Positions 45,919 to 56,932 of a stretch of DNA of 64,000 nucleotides are shown piece after piece; within the stretch, counting starts at the first letter, position 1; each line of letters opens with the position of its first letter. Source of the stretch: Pirellulales bacterium (GTDB taxonomy: Bacteria; Planctomycetota; Planctomycetia; Pirellulales; PALSA-1355). The stretch lies in contig CAVTBU010000006.1 in assembly GCA_963733035.1 (NCBI GenBank), forward strand, positions 237,665 through 301,664, read 5' to 3'. Under the pieces are notes generated by a model, which did not search any database, was not told the DNA's origin, and saw only the letters and a program-made list of their open reading frames with translations. Made by a program: the position numbers and the translations under genes.

Positions 45919-46698
45919 CTAGCTGCGTCTGGCAATCCGCTCGGCCGGGTCCTGTCGATAGTAGTCCGCCAGGAGTTCGTATAGCCTTGGATGCCGGTGG
46001 CGCAGTTCCACGGGTGCGTCAAAGAAGCATTCGGTGGCCACGGCAAAGAACTCCGCTTCGCTTTCGGCACCGTACTTGTCGAGTAATGTGGCTCGTCCGT
46101 CGTGGGCGTCGCGCCGCAGCTGCTTGAATTCGGCGGTCATCACATCGTGCCACTGCTGGCGAGCTTCGCGAGTTTCCAGCGGCGGCGTGCCGTTGGTGCT
46201 CCGATCGAGCATGTCGATCTGGTGGGCGAATTCGTGCCAAATGAGGTTATTGCCCTGACCCGGATGCCGTGACTCGTCGGCGATCTCCGCCCAGGAAAGA
46301 ATGACCGGACCGCGATACCAGGATTCGCCCAGCCGAGCCGATTCGCGTTGGATCGACCAGCCATGGTGCCACCGTTCCTCGGGCACCGCGTAGCCGGCCG
46401 GATAGATCAGGATCGACAGTACCGCGCGAAACGGGTCTCCCGGAAGTTCGAGCGCCATCAGCGAGGCCTGGGCGGCGACGGTGACTTTCATCTCATCCGT
46501 GAGGGTCAGCCCGCCGCAGCCTTCCCAATTTTTTTCGACCACGAAGATGCGCAGCTTGTCGCGCAGGCGGGCCTGGTCGGTGGGGGAGAGATGGCGGTAG
46601 TGAGCGACGTTGCGGTCGAGATAGACGAGCCACTCGCCGGGAAAAGGCAAGGACAAAATCTTCCGACGGCGGCGCTCGCGTAGCCAGGAGAATATCAT
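45919..46698 (-). CDS. MtfA-like zinc metallopeptidase (M90)
   Basis: HEFAHQ HExxH motif. Size ~260 aa. Confidence 0.65.
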   Translation of the reverse strand: MIFSWLRERRRRKILSLPFPGEWLVYLDRNVAHYRHLSPTDQARLRDKLRIFVVEKNWEGCGGLTLTDEMKVTVAAQASLMALELPGDPFRAVLSILIYPAGYAVPEERWHHGWSIQRESARLGESWYRGPVILSWAEIADESRHPGQGNNLIWHEFAHQIDMLDRSTNGTPPLETREARQQWHDVMTAEFKQLRRDAHDGRATLLDKYGAESEAEFFAVATECFFDAPVELRHRHPRLYELLADYYRQDPAERIARRS

Positions 46699-46734
46699 CG
46701 TGCGCAGTCCATCCGTGAACGCCCGGCCTTGCGA

Positions 46735-48171
46735 CTACAGGGTCCAGCCTTTGCGATACTCGCGCTGCAAATACTGTTCGGCGGCGGCCGTGTCGGTCTT
46801 GAAGGCCTCGGCGTCCCAGGAAATCTTAGCTTGCCCGGCACGGTAGGCCACGTTGCCCAGCAGCACAGCTTCGGCCAGTCCACCGGAGTAGTCGAAATTG
46901 CAGGTCGTCGGGCCGCGCGACTTGATGGCATCGGTCCATTCTTTCCAATGGCCGACCGAATTGGGAATCGTTTGTGGCGGCGCGGCCGGCGGTTCCCCTT
47001 GGTTCATGAAGTACTTTAGCGTCCCGTAGTCGGCCAGCAGCCGGCCTTCGGTGCCTTCGAACAGAACGGCCGCGGTCTTGTCGTATTGCTCCGCTCCCTC
47101 GGGTCGCCAATCGCCGTGATACCAGGTCAGGTGCACGGCCGGCCGGCCTCCCTTGGCGGGGAATTGATAATCGACCCGCATGTTGTCCGGCACCTGGTTG
47201 TCGCCACCGATCGTCTTTTCTCCCTTGGCTTCGATGCTCGTCGGAGCGCCGAGATCGAGTGCCCAAAACGGCAGATCCATGTAGTGGCAGCCAAAGTCGC
47301 CGAGCGTGCCGTTGCCAAAATCCCACCAATAGCGCCAGTTGAAATGGAAGTGCGACGGATGATACGGACGCATCGGCGCGGGGCCAATCCACAAATCGTA
47401 ATCGACCGTTGCCGGCGGTGTGCCCTTGGCAACGCGAACGCCGGGGCGATTTGTATTCACCTGCCACACGTGCACGCGCTCGACGGGTCCAAGCTGACCG
47501 GACTGCACGATTTCGACAACGCGTCGATAGTTGTCACCGGCATGAATTTGCGTGCCCATCTGGGTAACGGCTTTTTTCTCCGCGGCCAGGTTACGCATTT
47601 GGCGCACTTCGTAAACCGAGTGGGCCAGCGGCTTTTCACAGTATACGTCAAGACCTTGTCGCAGGGCCCGCATCACGGGCATGGCGTGCGTGTGGTCGGG
47701 AGTCGAGACGACGACCGCGTCCAGGTTTTTTTCTTTGTCAAACAACTGGCGAAAGTCGGTATATCGTGCCGCATCGGGGAAACGCTCGGCCATCGGTCCC
47801 AGGTGCTCGCTGTCGATGTCGCACAGCGCAACGATGTTCTCGTGCGTCAGTTGGTTGATGTTGTGCGCGCCCTTGTTGGCCACGCCCACGCAGGCCAGAT
47901 TGAGCTTCTCGTTCGGACTTCGAGCCGCCAAGACCGGCTGGGTTCGACCAAAGACTCCCACGGTTGCCGTGGCCGTTCCGGCCAAGATTGCCTGCTTGAT
48001 GAACTCGCGACGTTCGAGATGCTGCGACATGATCGGGGGTCTCCGCGTGGTGTGTTGTATTCGGTTGGCTGGATTTGGTGGGTGGGTGGGTGTCGCGTCC
48101 GTACCGGCAACAAGTGCGACGGATCGACGGCAGCCCCAATTCTGAATCGAGCCGCGGGCCGCGTCAATCAC
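46735..48171 (-). CDS. Gfo/Idh/MocA-family oxidoreductase with a Tat signal
   Basis: RREFIK Tat motif. N-terminal Rossmann fold. Confidence 0.7.
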   Translation of the reverse strand: MIDAARGSIQNWGCRRSVALVAGTDATPTHPPNPANRIQHTTRRPPIMSQHLERREFIKQAILAGTATATVGVFGRTQPVLAARSPNEKLNLACVGVANKGAHNINQLTHENIVALCDIDSEHLGPMAERFPDAARYTDFRQLFDKEKNLDAVVVSTPDHTHAMPVMRALRQGLDVYCEKPLAHSVYEVRQMRNLAAEKKAVTQMGTQIHAGDNYRRVVEIVQSGQLGPVERVHVWQVNTNRPGVRVAKGTPPATVDYDLWIGPAPMRPYHPSHFHFNWRYWWDFGNGTLGDFGCHYMDLPFWALDLGAPTSIEAKGEKTIGGDNQVPDNMRVDYQFPAKGGRPAVHLTWYHGDWRPEGAEQYDKTAAVLFEGTEGRLLADYGTLKYFMNQGEPPAAPPQTIPNSVGHWKEWTDAIKSRGPTTCNFDYSGGLAEAVLLGNVAYRAGQAKISWDAEAFKTDTAAAEQYLQREYRKGWTL

Positions 48172-48185
48172 GACGGGCCCTCCGT

Positions 48186-49514
48186 CTACGGCAGCGGTGG
48201 GGGGCTCGACGGCGCGGTGGGCCTTGAAACGGGACTAGCCAGCGGTAAGGAGTCCACGCCCGTCCGAGTTTGGGGAGAACTTGGAAAGGGTGCTCCAGCC
48301 GATCCGAGCGGGCCATTGGTCGACGAGGCCGTCCACGGCAAATGCTCCAGTTTGCTGGGGGGCTGTCGGTCGACTTCGACCAGGTGCTCGAGCAGGACGC
48401 GGTGCACTTCGAGGACCGTGAGCGGATGGCGGTGGACCGACGAATGATCCGAATCGACGGTGATTTCCGAGACCGCCGGTTCGAAGTGGGCGCTGGCGAC
48501 GGATACCACGCCGTCACCGTCACCGGTGACGCGCCCGAGTAGCCCATGCTTGGAGACGCGGCCAACGATGTTGTGGTAGCGAATCCGAGGGGCGGCGGGC
48601 GCCTCAAGCATCACCGGCAGAATCGGAGAGTCGGGTGCCAGAGAGTCGATGCTCGTGTTGACTTCCAGCAGGTTATGGCTGCGGAAGTAGTCAGGATTGT
48701 CTTTATAGAGTTGTTGGCGGCCGCTGAGCATCATTTGCGGAAGCGTGATCAGCTTGCTGCCGATCCAACGCGTCGCGGCGTTGGAGAACTCGCTGCCGCG
48801 AAAAGGCGTGGCAATGGTGATCACACGGCGCACTTCGGGGACGGGGCGAAAGAAGAATTCGGCCGCCAATTCCCGCCGTGTGTCGGGGGGCGCGTGAATT
48901 GCTTCAAAGGGCTCGTTGCTGACGATTCTCCAGAAATCGTTGCCGCTGTCGATCGTCTGCAGTCGCGACAGCAGGCCCCCCATGCTGTGCCCCACCAGCA
49001 CCATCTGGTTGATGGCCGGTTGGCGGTGATACGGGTCGATAATCTGGCGGGCCTCGGCCAGGTCGCGGCGCAATTGGGCGGCACTGATCCAGAACGGCTG
49101 GCCGGTCGGATACAGATAGAACCAGAATTGGTAGCGGCTGCGAATTTCTGGTGAGCCACGCAAGTCGTTGAACATTTCCATCCAGGTGATGGGGCTTGAC
49201 CATAGCCCGTGTACCATCAACACGGGGATTTTACCGGGCTGGTAGGGCTCGAGCATGTACAGCCCTTGCAGCTTGGCGGTTTGCGCAGGGTTGAGAAGTC
49301 CGATCGTCGACGAGTCGAGGTGCTGCAGTTCCTTCTGATTTAGCGCGTACGCCAACGGAGTGGTTAGATCGCTCTCGAGCGGCACGCGGCGGCCATCGAC
49401 GCTGATCTCCGATGTATTAAGTGGGTCGTAGAGTTCCAGATGAACGACGTGATGGCCGTTTTCCGGATCGCTATTCGGCATGCAGCGCAGGAATGCGGTG
49501 ACCGGGAAGCTCAT
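48186..49514 (-). CDS. Alpha/beta hydrolase (lipase/esterase-like)
   Basis: GHSMGG nucleophile motif. Confidence 0.6.
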   Translation of the reverse strand: MSFPVTAFLRCMPNSDPENGHHVVHLELYDPLNTSEISVDGRRVPLESDLTTPLAYALNQKELQHLDSSTIGLLNPAQTAKLQGLYMLEPYQPGKIPVLMVHGLWSSPITWMEMFNDLRGSPEIRSRYQFWFYLYPTGQPFWISAAQLRRDLAEARQIIDPYHRQPAINQMVLVGHSMGGLLSRLQTIDSGNDFWRIVSNEPFEAIHAPPDTRRELAAEFFFRPVPEVRRVITIATPFRGSEFSNAATRWIGSKLITLPQMMLSGRQQLYKDNPDYFRSHNLLEVNTSIDSLAPDSPILPVMLEAPAAPRIRYHNIVGRVSKHGLLGRVTGDGDGVVSVASAHFEPAVSEITVDSDHSSVHRHPLTVLEVHRVLLEHLVEVDRQPPSKLEHLPWTASSTNGPLGSAGAPFPSSPQTRTGVDSLPLASPVSRPTAPSSPPPLP

Positions 49515-49573
49515 GCCCGGCGGATAGAATTTCTCCTCGGGGCTTGCGTTTTCGTGGTGCTTGCGAACCGCAA

Positions 49574-50266
49574 TTAGCGGAACGCCGAGTCCGTAGTTGT
49601 GGTATTGATTTCGCAGTCCGCGAATTTCGTAGTCGGAGACGAAACGGAATTCGGCGAAGTCCTCTGCGCCCAGGTATTGCTGCGAACCACGATTGTGGTT
49701 TCGACGACCTGGTTGGCGGTGCGGATGGTCTGCGTGGTGCCGGGGATCAATTTCCCTTGCTTCTTGATGATGCGAAGGGCGCTTTCCAGGGCGCCGTTGT
49801 AGAGGTCGCAGGCCCCGCGAAATTCCGGGTCGTAGGGATTGCGGTACCGCCCGAATCGCTCGTTAAACAAATACTGATAGGCATGGACGACCGCCAGCCC
49901 GTGGAACTCGAGCGCTTTGCGGCGGCTCATTGGTTCGGCCCGCTTGCCCGCCAGATACGACAGCTCCGCGAGCGAATACAGCTTGTCGGTCGACGGGTCT
50001 TCTTGATTCAACTCACTCAGCTTGATCAGGAGTTTGGCGTTGGCGTGTTCGAGGTCGTCCTCGAGGTCATACCGACGCGCGAGCAACTGCGTCCGTTCGG
50101 TCGGTTGGGGACCGTGCGGCGAAAGCAGTTGAAGCGGTCCAGCCAGGGGATTGGCGGGCACCTCGCGCACGCGCACCCACTTCTCCTGCGCAGCCACAGA
50201 CAGCTGCCACGACGGCGAACAGAATAAGGATGACCGCCGGCCGGCCGTGCGCGATTGAGCGCGCAC
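49574..50266 (-). CDS. Hypothetical protein (possibly the N-terminal part of the 48186 gene)
   Basis: Adjacent ORF in a different frame. Confidence 0.3.
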   Translation of the reverse strand: MRAQSRTAGRRSSLFCSPSWQLSVAAQEKWVRVREVPANPLAGPLQLLSPHGPQPTERTQLLARRYDLEDDLEHANAKLLIKLSELNQEDPSTDKLYSLAELSYLAGKRAEPMSRRKALEFHGLAVVHAYQYLFNERFGRYRNPYDPEFRGACDLYNGALESALRIIKKQGKLIPGTTQTIRTANQVVETTIVVRSNTWAQRTSPNSVSSPTTKFADCEINTTTTDSAFR

Positions 50267-50476
50267 GGCCCGCGGACGCCGCGGAATCAGGCATGGACTC
50301 GGCTTTGGAGACTCGCACGAAGATCAAAACAGGGCAATGACTTACCGCCCCTCACGCCGCGTCGGCGCAGGGAGAGACTGCCTCGGGGCCGAACGATAGG
50401 AATTCGTCCCGGCCCGAGCAATGCCGCTTTGACTTTACGGCGTTCTCTAGACAACCCAGGCTTCCGGTCGTGAACT

Positions 50477-51136
50477 TTGCGTGGACTGAAAGGCTCTAGG
50501 CATTCGGTTGACTCTCGTCGTATCCTGCTAGCGGATGTTGCTACCATGCCCGCGAATGCCATCATGCCGCACGACCACGAGATTGAATTGTCCAGCAACC
50601 GGATTTTGCTCCGGGCCTTTCGCTTGGAAGACGCCACTGCGATCTATGACGCGGTATGCGAATCAAAGCCTGAGTTGTCTCGCTGGCTGCCATGGTGCGG
50701 CGCGGACTACGGCCAGAACGACACGCTGGAGTTCCTGAACCACCGCGGCGAGTCGTATCGCAATCACGAGGAACACGCCTTTGCAATCATCGAGCGAGCC
50801 AGCGGACGCTTTCTTGGAGCGACGGGCGTCAATCAAATAGACCGCTCGGCACGCCGGGCCAACTTGGGTTATTGGCTGCGTACCAGCGCCACCGGCGAAG
50901 GCTATGCCACCGAGGCTACGCTGCTGGTCGCCCGTTGGGCGTTCGCGGAACTTGGGCTCGAACGAATCGAGATCGTGGCAGCCACCAGCAACGAGGCCAG
51001 CCAGCGGGTTGCCCTCCGCGCTGGTGCTCAGCGAGAAGGTGTCGCTCGCCGGCGGCTACGAATCGGCGACGAGCAGCGCGACGCGGTCGTGTTCTCCCTG
51101 GTGCCGAGCGATCTGGCAGGCGAGAATAAGACGTAG
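50477..51136 (+). CDS. GNAT-family N-acetyltransferase (RimJ/RimL-like)
   Basis: Overall GNAT pattern. Confidence 0.65.
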   Translation: MRGLKGSRHSVDSRRILLADVATMPANAIMPHDHEIELSSNRILLRAFRLEDATAIYDAVCESKPELSRWLPWCGADYGQNDTLEFLNHRGESYRNHEEHAFAIIERASGRFLGATGVNQIDRSARRANLGYWLRTSATGEGYATEATLLVARWAFAELGLERIEIVAATSNEASQRVALRAGAQREGVARRRLRIGDEQRDAVVFSLVPSDLAGENKT

Positions 51137-51197
51137 TGGGTCAAACCGCCCCGTTACCGTTTCTTGCCGACTTGCGGCGCTACGCAAGCACAAAAGA

Positions 51198-52355
51198 ATG
51201 CCGTTCCATTCGTCCAGCGAACGTCTTGCAGTTGATGGGGGCCCGCGCGCTCTCTGCGGAGATCCGCCGCCTTGGCCGCGACCCGATGAAGCCGTGCGAG
51301 AGGCCCTCGAACGGGCCTGGGCTGATGGCAGCTGGGGGCGATATCACGCGGAGCATACCGATAGACTTGCGGCGGAACTTGCTCGATTGCATGCGGTGGA
51401 GTTCGTCACACTTTGCCCATCTGGCACGTTTGCCGTCGAGTTGGCGTTGCGCGCCTTGAAGGTCGGTGAGGGGGATGAAGTCATCCTCGCCGGATATGAT
51501 TTCCCGGGAAACTTCCGCGCCATCGAGGCCACCGGAGCCCGGCCGGTGCTCGTCGACCTTGCTCCGGGCAGTTGGCGACTCGACCCGCACGAAATTCCGC
51601 CGGCGATTGGCCCGCGCACAAAAGCACTGATCGTGTCGCACTTGCACGGCGAGCTGGTCGACATGGCCAGCGTTTGCGACGTCGTGCGCGGGGGGGCTGT
51701 TTGTGGTCGAAGACGCCTGTCAGGTCCCTGGGGCAAGGATTGCTGGGCGGTGCGCGGCAGCTGGGGACACGTCGGAGTGTTGAGCTTTGGTGGCAGCAAG
51801 CTGATCACGGCGGGGCGGGGCGGAGCGATCCTGACTTCCGACGCCGAGCTACACCAGCGGGCCAAGGTTTTCTGCCAGCGAGGCAACGACGCCTTTCCAT
51901 TAAGCCAACTGCAGGCGGCCGTATTGCTCCCACAGCTAAGTCGGCTGGAAGAGCACAATCAACGCCGCCGCCGAGCCGTCGCCCGCTTGCTGGCGCAGAC
52001 GGCACAACTGCCAGGCCTCAGGCCACTGGCAACATCGACCGAAGACGCGGTGTTCTACAAGCTTCCCTGGCACTATGTAGCCAGCGAATTGGGAGAACGT
52101 TCGCGGGACGAGTTTGTGCATGCGCTGCAGGCCGAGGGTGTGCAGACGGGAAGTGGCTTTCGAGGTTTTGTGCGGCGGACGGCGCGGCGGTGCCGCAAAG
52201 TCGGCGAGTTGCCGCATAGTCAACGGGCCGTCAATACAACGCTGCTGTTGCACCATCCCATCCTGCTGGAATCCGATGAGCGGCTTGACGCCCTGGCCGC
52301 GGCGCTGGCCAAAGTGGCCCGGGCGTTTTCGCGACGTCCGAGCGTCAAAGAATAG
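51198..52355 (+). CDS. DegT/DnrJ/EryC1/StrS-family PLP-dependent aminotransferase
   Basis: Family-typical N-terminal region and size. Confidence 0.7.
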   Translation: MPFHSSSERLAVDGGPRALCGDPPPWPRPDEAVREALERAWADGSWGRYHAEHTDRLAAELARLHAVEFVTLCPSGTFAVELALRALKVGEGDEVILAGYDFPGNFRAIEATGARPVLVDLAPGSWRLDPHEIPPAIGPRTKALIVSHLHGELVDMASVCDVVRGGAVCGRRRLSGPWGKDCWAVRGSWGHVGVLSFGGSKLITAGRGGAILTSDAELHQRAKVFCQRGNDAFPLSQLQAAVLLPQLSRLEEHNQRRRRAVARLLAQTAQLPGLRPLATSTEDAVFYKLPWHYVASELGERSRDEFVHALQAEGVQTGSGFRGFVRRTARRCRKVGELPHSQRAVNTTLLLHHPILLESDERLDALAAALAKVARAFSRRPSVKE

Positions 52356-52360
52356 CCGAC

Positions 52361-53128
52361 ATGTCGAACGACGAGGAGACGATGACTTTCCAGCCGCTCC
52401 ACTTTTTGCTGACGAATGATGACGGCATCGACGCGCCGGGAATTTCCGCGATGCAAGAGGCCTGTGCCTCCCTGGGAAAGGTCGTGGTGGTGGCCCCCAA
52501 TCAGCATCTTTCGGGATGCAGCCATACTGCCACCACGAGCCGAGGCATGTCATTGGCTGAAGTCGGCCCAAATCGCTACGCACTGGACGGCTCGCCGGTG
52601 GATTGCACACGCATCGGACTTTACCGTGTGGCTCCGGATACGCAGTGGGTGCTGTCGGGCGTAAACGAAGGGGGGAACCTGGGAGCCGACGTTTATCTAT
52701 CCGGCACCGTGGCGGCTGCCCGCGAGGCCTGCTTGCTCGGCAAGCCCGCCATCGCCATCAGCCAATACATGAAACGTCGGCCGGCCGACTGGGGTCGCGC
52801 GTTGCGCTGGACCCGCCACGTGCTGCAACTGCTCGTGAGGCGTCCTCCGGAGCCGGGCACGTTCTGGAACGTCAACCTACCTGATCCCGATCCCGGCGCG
52901 GATGATTTACCCGAATCCGTATTCTGCGACATCGATCCTCATCCTCTGCCGATCGAGTACGAACTACGTGAAGGCAAGCTGCACTATCGCTCGCGGTATC
53001 AGGATCGCCAGCGTGCGGCAGGGCGCGACGTGGAGCTTTGCTTCGCCGGGCGGATTACGATCAGCCAAGTCGGTCTGCACGCAATTCCGCCTCAGGCGAT
53101 CGCCGAGAAAGGCGATTTACCGTCTTAA
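52361..53128 (+). CDS. surE: 5'/3'-nucleotidase SurE
   Basis: LLTNDDGIDAPGI N-terminal motif. Confidence 0.8.
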   Translation: MSNDEETMTFQPLHFLLTNDDGIDAPGISAMQEACASLGKVVVVAPNQHLSGCSHTATTSRGMSLAEVGPNRYALDGSPVDCTRIGLYRVAPDTQWVLSGVNEGGNLGADVYLSGTVAAAREACLLGKPAIAISQYMKRRPADWGRALRWTRHVLQLLVRRPPEPGTFWNVNLPDPDPGADDLPESVFCDIDPHPLPIEYELREGKLHYRSRYQDRQRAAGRDVELCFAGRITISQVGLHAIPPQAIAEKGDLPS

Positions 53129-53349
53129 CGAGGTCGTGCGGCCCAGAGTTCGTTGCGCATTCGCTTCGACGCCGGCACTGGTTCGGCGGGCGCTTCGTCG
53201 AATCTTGGCAGTTCTCCGCGGACGATCCGCACGTCCTGCGGGGCCTCGATCCCAAATGTGACACGCTGCCCCAGGATTCGCTTGACCACCAGGACGATCC
53301 CATCACCGATCACCACCTTTTCACCAATTTTGCGACTGAGTACGAGCAT
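53125..53349 (-). CDS. csrA: Carbon storage regulator CsrA
   Basis: MLVLSRKIGEKVVIGDG....FGIEAPQDVRIVRGE. GGAGGG RBS. Confidence 0.85.
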   Translation of the reverse strand: MLVLSRKIGEKVVIGDGIVLVVKRILGQRVTFGIEAPQDVRIVRGELPRFDEAPAEPVPASKRMRNELWAARPR

Positions 53350-53675
53350 GGTTTTGTTTTCCCTCCGTGGCTCACTTTCTGACTGTGGGTCCCGCCCCAG
53401 CTCCGGCGAGCTGGAATTCATGCGGTTGCTTGGCTCGCATTCTTTGCAAGGGCGGTGCCGTGGCCACATTGGTGTCGCCAGAATGTTTGTGCATGCGCGC
53501 TAACTCATTTATGCATTGAGACTTGTGATTCTTCAGGATGGGCCGGCGGCCGTTCGCTGCTACGCCGCGTGCCGTCCGAAGTTGAGAGAGTCGTCTCAAT
53601 TTCAGACGCACTGCCTTGGCCTAGCTTGGATCGCGCACTGGGCACGGCTGGCCGATATCCGCAAAACGTTAATGC

Positions 53676-54176
53676 GTGTATTTACACATCAATCGCGCCA
53701 AATATACTGCAAACATGGAAAATGAATCGGTGTGCTTGCACGAATATTGCGTAGTTCCCTACCGCGTAACGAGTTCGGGAGCGGAGTTTTGCCTACTTAC
53801 GCCACTCTCGCAGAATCGATGGGAGTTTCCCAAGATTCGTCTTGCCGCACCTAACGCCTGCGATCTTGAGATCCTGAAACAGGCGGCCGAATCGGCCGGA
53901 TTGCGCGGCACAATCGCCAGCTACGAGCCCCTTGGCTCCTTTGTCGCAACCAGGCAAAACGAGACCCGTAACATGGTGGGATTCTTGATGCGGGTGGAAG
54001 ATATCGAGGACCCTTGGCCGCGGCAAAATAGCCATCGGCGTCTTTGGTGTCTGGCCGAGGAAGCCCGGGTGCGCATTCGGCGCAAGCCACTTCGTCGCTT
54101 TATTGATTTGGCGCTACAGAACGTGCGGTATGCACCGCGCGATACCCAGCCGTCGAGTGGCTCTCCAAGTTCGTGA
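53676..54176 (+). CDS. NUDIX hydrolase
   Basis: REF..E..G NUDIX-box-like region. Confidence 0.5.
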   Translation: MYLHINRAKYTANMENESVCLHEYCVVPYRVTSSGAEFCLLTPLSQNRWEFPKIRLAAPNACDLEILKQAAESAGLRGTIASYEPLGSFVATRQNETRNMVGFLMRVEDIEDPWPRQNSHRRLWCLAEEARVRIRRKPLRRFIDLALQNVRYAPRDTQPSSGSPSS

Positions 54177-54291
54177 ATTTGGGGGCACGACCATTTTCGA
54201 TGCGCCGCTTTCAACGCGTGGTGTGAGCTGGGCAACCGTTTTACAATGCGAGGCGAGTCCTCTATCGGCCTTCCTTCCGCGGTATTTGCGA

Positions 54292-55080
54292 ATGCGCGCT
54301 TCACTGACCTGCCTGTTCGTTGCATCGCTCGGCGTCTTGTCGCCACTCGTCGCCCAAAATGTCCCAAGCAGCGATGAGCGATCCGCAACGATCGAGTCGC
54401 AGTTGCGAACCGTGTCCCAGGCCCTTGCCTCTCGGCCAAAAGACAAACAGTTGCTCGATCGCCGCGCGGCGCTGCACGCGGCCGCCGGTGAGCCGGTCAA
54501 AGCCATTGCGGATTATGATCGACTATTGAAGCTCGATCCGAGCCTCGCCGCGGCCTTCGACGCCCGAGGAAGCGAGCAGTTCAAACTCGGGCAAATTGAT
54601 GCGTCGATTGCCGATTTCGACCGTTACTTGAAGCTACGGCCCGATCAGGTGCCCTGGCACTGGAAACGCGGCATCTCCTACTACTACGCGGGTCGCTGGG
54701 AAGAAGGGCAACGCCAGTTCGAGGGTTATCAAACCGTCGACGATAACGACGTTGAGAACGCCGTATGGCGTTACCTGTGCATGGCGCACTCCAAGGGTGA
54801 AGCCGCGGCTCGGGCCGACATGCTCAAGATCAAACGGGACCCTCGCGTCCCGATGATGGAAGTCTACGCACTGTACAAGGGTGAACTCCAGCCCGACGAC
54901 GTGTTGACGGCAGTCGAGCGGGGTAAGCCATCGCCCGAGGAACTGAACGCGCGGCAGATTCTACGCGCATTTGTACCTGGGGCTGTACTTCGAAGCGGCC
55001 GGCGACGTTGCCGAGGCGAAAAAGCACATCGATCTGGCTCGGCAGCACAGGATCGGCCACTACATGTGGAATGTGGCTGA
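54292..55080 (+). CDS. Secreted TPR-repeat protein
   Basis: Signal peptide. TPR-like repeats. Confidence 0.55.
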   Translation: MRASLTCLFVASLGVLSPLVAQNVPSSDERSATIESQLRTVSQALASRPKDKQLLDRRAALHAAAGEPVKAIADYDRLLKLDPSLAAAFDARGSEQFKLGQIDASIADFDRYLKLRPDQVPWHWKRGISYYYAGRWEEGQRQFEGYQTVDDNDVENAVWRYLCMAHSKGEAAARADMLKIKRDPRVPMMEVYALYKGELQPDDVLTAVERGKPSPEELNARQILRAFVPGAVLRSGRRRCRGEKAHRSGSAAQDRPLHVECG

Positions 55081-55122
55081 TGTGCATGCCCGGCGGCTCG
55101 CGGAACCGAAAGCCACCGAACC

Positions 55123-56817
55123 CTAGGGCGATGCGACCGCCGTCGGACTCGCTTCCAGGATGCGAATCACGCGCTGCGACTGATGCAGTTTGCCGTTGAC
55201 GTCCGTGCCACGGACACGCAGCAAGTGGATTCCCGGCGTCGGCTTTCCGCTGAGATTGGCTTTCCACAAGTGCGTCGACGGCTTTGGTTTGGGCTGCTGT
55301 CGGAACGCTTCGGGAGACTTGGCCAACAGGGCGGCTTCCTTGTCATACGTTGCCTGGTGCAGCGGTTCGACCTCGCGGGTATGGGCAAGCGGAATCCAAT
55401 CGCCGCCGGCCAGCGACATTTCGACCTTCGACCGCTCGGAGCCATTGAACAGATCGACGTACACGATCGTGCCGGCGACCTTGTCGGCGGCTACGGCGTC
55501 GGGGGCGTGAATGTCCATTTGGTAGTCAGCAGGTCGCCCGGCGGCCTTGAAGTCGAGCGTATATTTGGTGCCGTCGAAGCTGATGATCGAATAGCCGTTT
55601 GGCGCGCCGTCAGCCATGGTGGCGTGCGGAATTCCACGCTCATCGGGAGCACCGCTCCACCAGCCCCCGCAAACCGTGACGTTGATGATATGGTGATGCG
55701 GCTCGGGCCCCAGCCACCCATCTTCCTTCTTGATGTAGCGGTGCTCGTGGTGGTGTGTGTGCCCGGAGATCGAGATGCAGAAGGGACGTTTTTCGATCAG
55801 GCGGTAGAGTTGCTCGCGGTCGCGGACGCCAACGATGGGAATATGCATCATCAATACGACCATCTGGTCCTGGGGGATCATCGAAAGGTCGTTGCGGATG
55901 AACTGCATCTGTTCATCGCCCAGTCCGCCGCGATACGTGCCTTTGCCTCCTTCGTCCGGAATGTACCATTCGATGTCGTCGAGCACGATGAAGTGCACCT
56001 GGCCGTAGTCAAACGAATAGTACGGCGGTCCGTAGACGCGCTCAAAGGTTTCGTCGCTGTGTTGGTCGTGCTTGGCTTCAAAGTTGATGTCATGATTGCC
56101 GATCACGTTGTACCAAGGAATACCGATTAGCGCGATCGTCTTGTTGAGCGTTTCGAAAGTGTCGAGGTTGTTGAAGGCAATGTCGCCAAGCGTCACGCCG
56201 AAGGACGCGTCGGTGCCGATCAACTCCTCGACGACGTCGTGCCCCACGTATTCCACTTCCTGTTGGTTGCGTGGCTGCGGATCGCCGAACAGAATCGCGC
56301 GAAACTCTTCTGGTTCGGGTTGCTCGTAGAGCGGAAAGTTGATGGCGTTTGGAAGTGGGCCCGTCGGGGCCACGCCGGGGAACTCGGAAGGCGGCGAGCC
56401 GTTCGGCTTATGGATATAGTAGAAACGCGGTAGCTTGTCCGCGGAGAGCGGCGTGCGGTAGCCGCGCGGTTTGATCACGAACACGATGTCGTCATCGTCC
56501 ACCTTGAGCGAGTATTTCCCTTGCTCGTCGGTCGTCGTGATGTCGCGGCCGTTCGAAACCTTGATGCCGGACAATGGCTTTTCACCGGCGTCGAACTTCT
56601 CGTTGCCGTTGGTGTCGAGGTAGACCGTACCGTGTGCCTCGTGCACTGCATCCGCGGCGATTGCGCCGTCGGCAAAGACCAAGAGCAGTGAGGCCAGAAT
56701 CACAGTTGGCAAAAGGATAGACTTCATGCGTATCTCCGCGGAGAGCCAAAAGCGGGATGAGGGTGGGCGAGCGTGCGAGTTGATTGTCCCTGCTAAGAGC
56801 TGGGTTCGCAAGCGCAC
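55123..56817 (-). CDS. Secreted calcineurin-like metallophosphoesterase
   Basis: GDPQ, GNHD and GHTHHHEH motifs. Confidence 0.75.
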   Translation of the reverse strand: MRLRTQLLAGTINSHARPPSSRFWLSAEIRMKSILLPTVILASLLLVFADGAIAADAVHEAHGTVYLDTNGNEKFDAGEKPLSGIKVSNGRDITTTDEQGKYSLKVDDDDIVFVIKPRGYRTPLSADKLPRFYYIHKPNGSPPSEFPGVAPTGPLPNAINFPLYEQPEPEEFRAILFGDPQPRNQQEVEYVGHDVVEELIGTDASFGVTLGDIAFNNLDTFETLNKTIALIGIPWYNVIGNHDINFEAKHDQHSDETFERVYGPPYYSFDYGQVHFIVLDDIEWYIPDEGGKGTYRGGLGDEQMQFIRNDLSMIPQDQMVVLMMHIPIVGVRDREQLYRLIEKRPFCISISGHTHHHEHRYIKKEDGWLGPEPHHHIINVTVCGGWWSGAPDERGIPHATMADGAPNGYSIISFDGTKYTLDFKAAGRPADYQMDIHAPDAVAADKVAGTIVYVDLFNGSERSKVEMSLAGGDWIPLAHTREVEPLHQATYDKEAALLAKSPEAFRQQPKPKPSTHLWKANLSGKPTPGIHLLRVRGTDVNGKLHQSQRVIRILEASPTAVASP

Positions 56818-56932
56818 GGTCGCCGAAGGTTAAGTTTGCTGCAAGGCAGTGCCGGTTGCAAGCCGACCGGAACTCTGGAGAATGTGAATCCCAGTTGTCG
56901 CGCGAGCAAATCACCACGCAAATTACGAACCG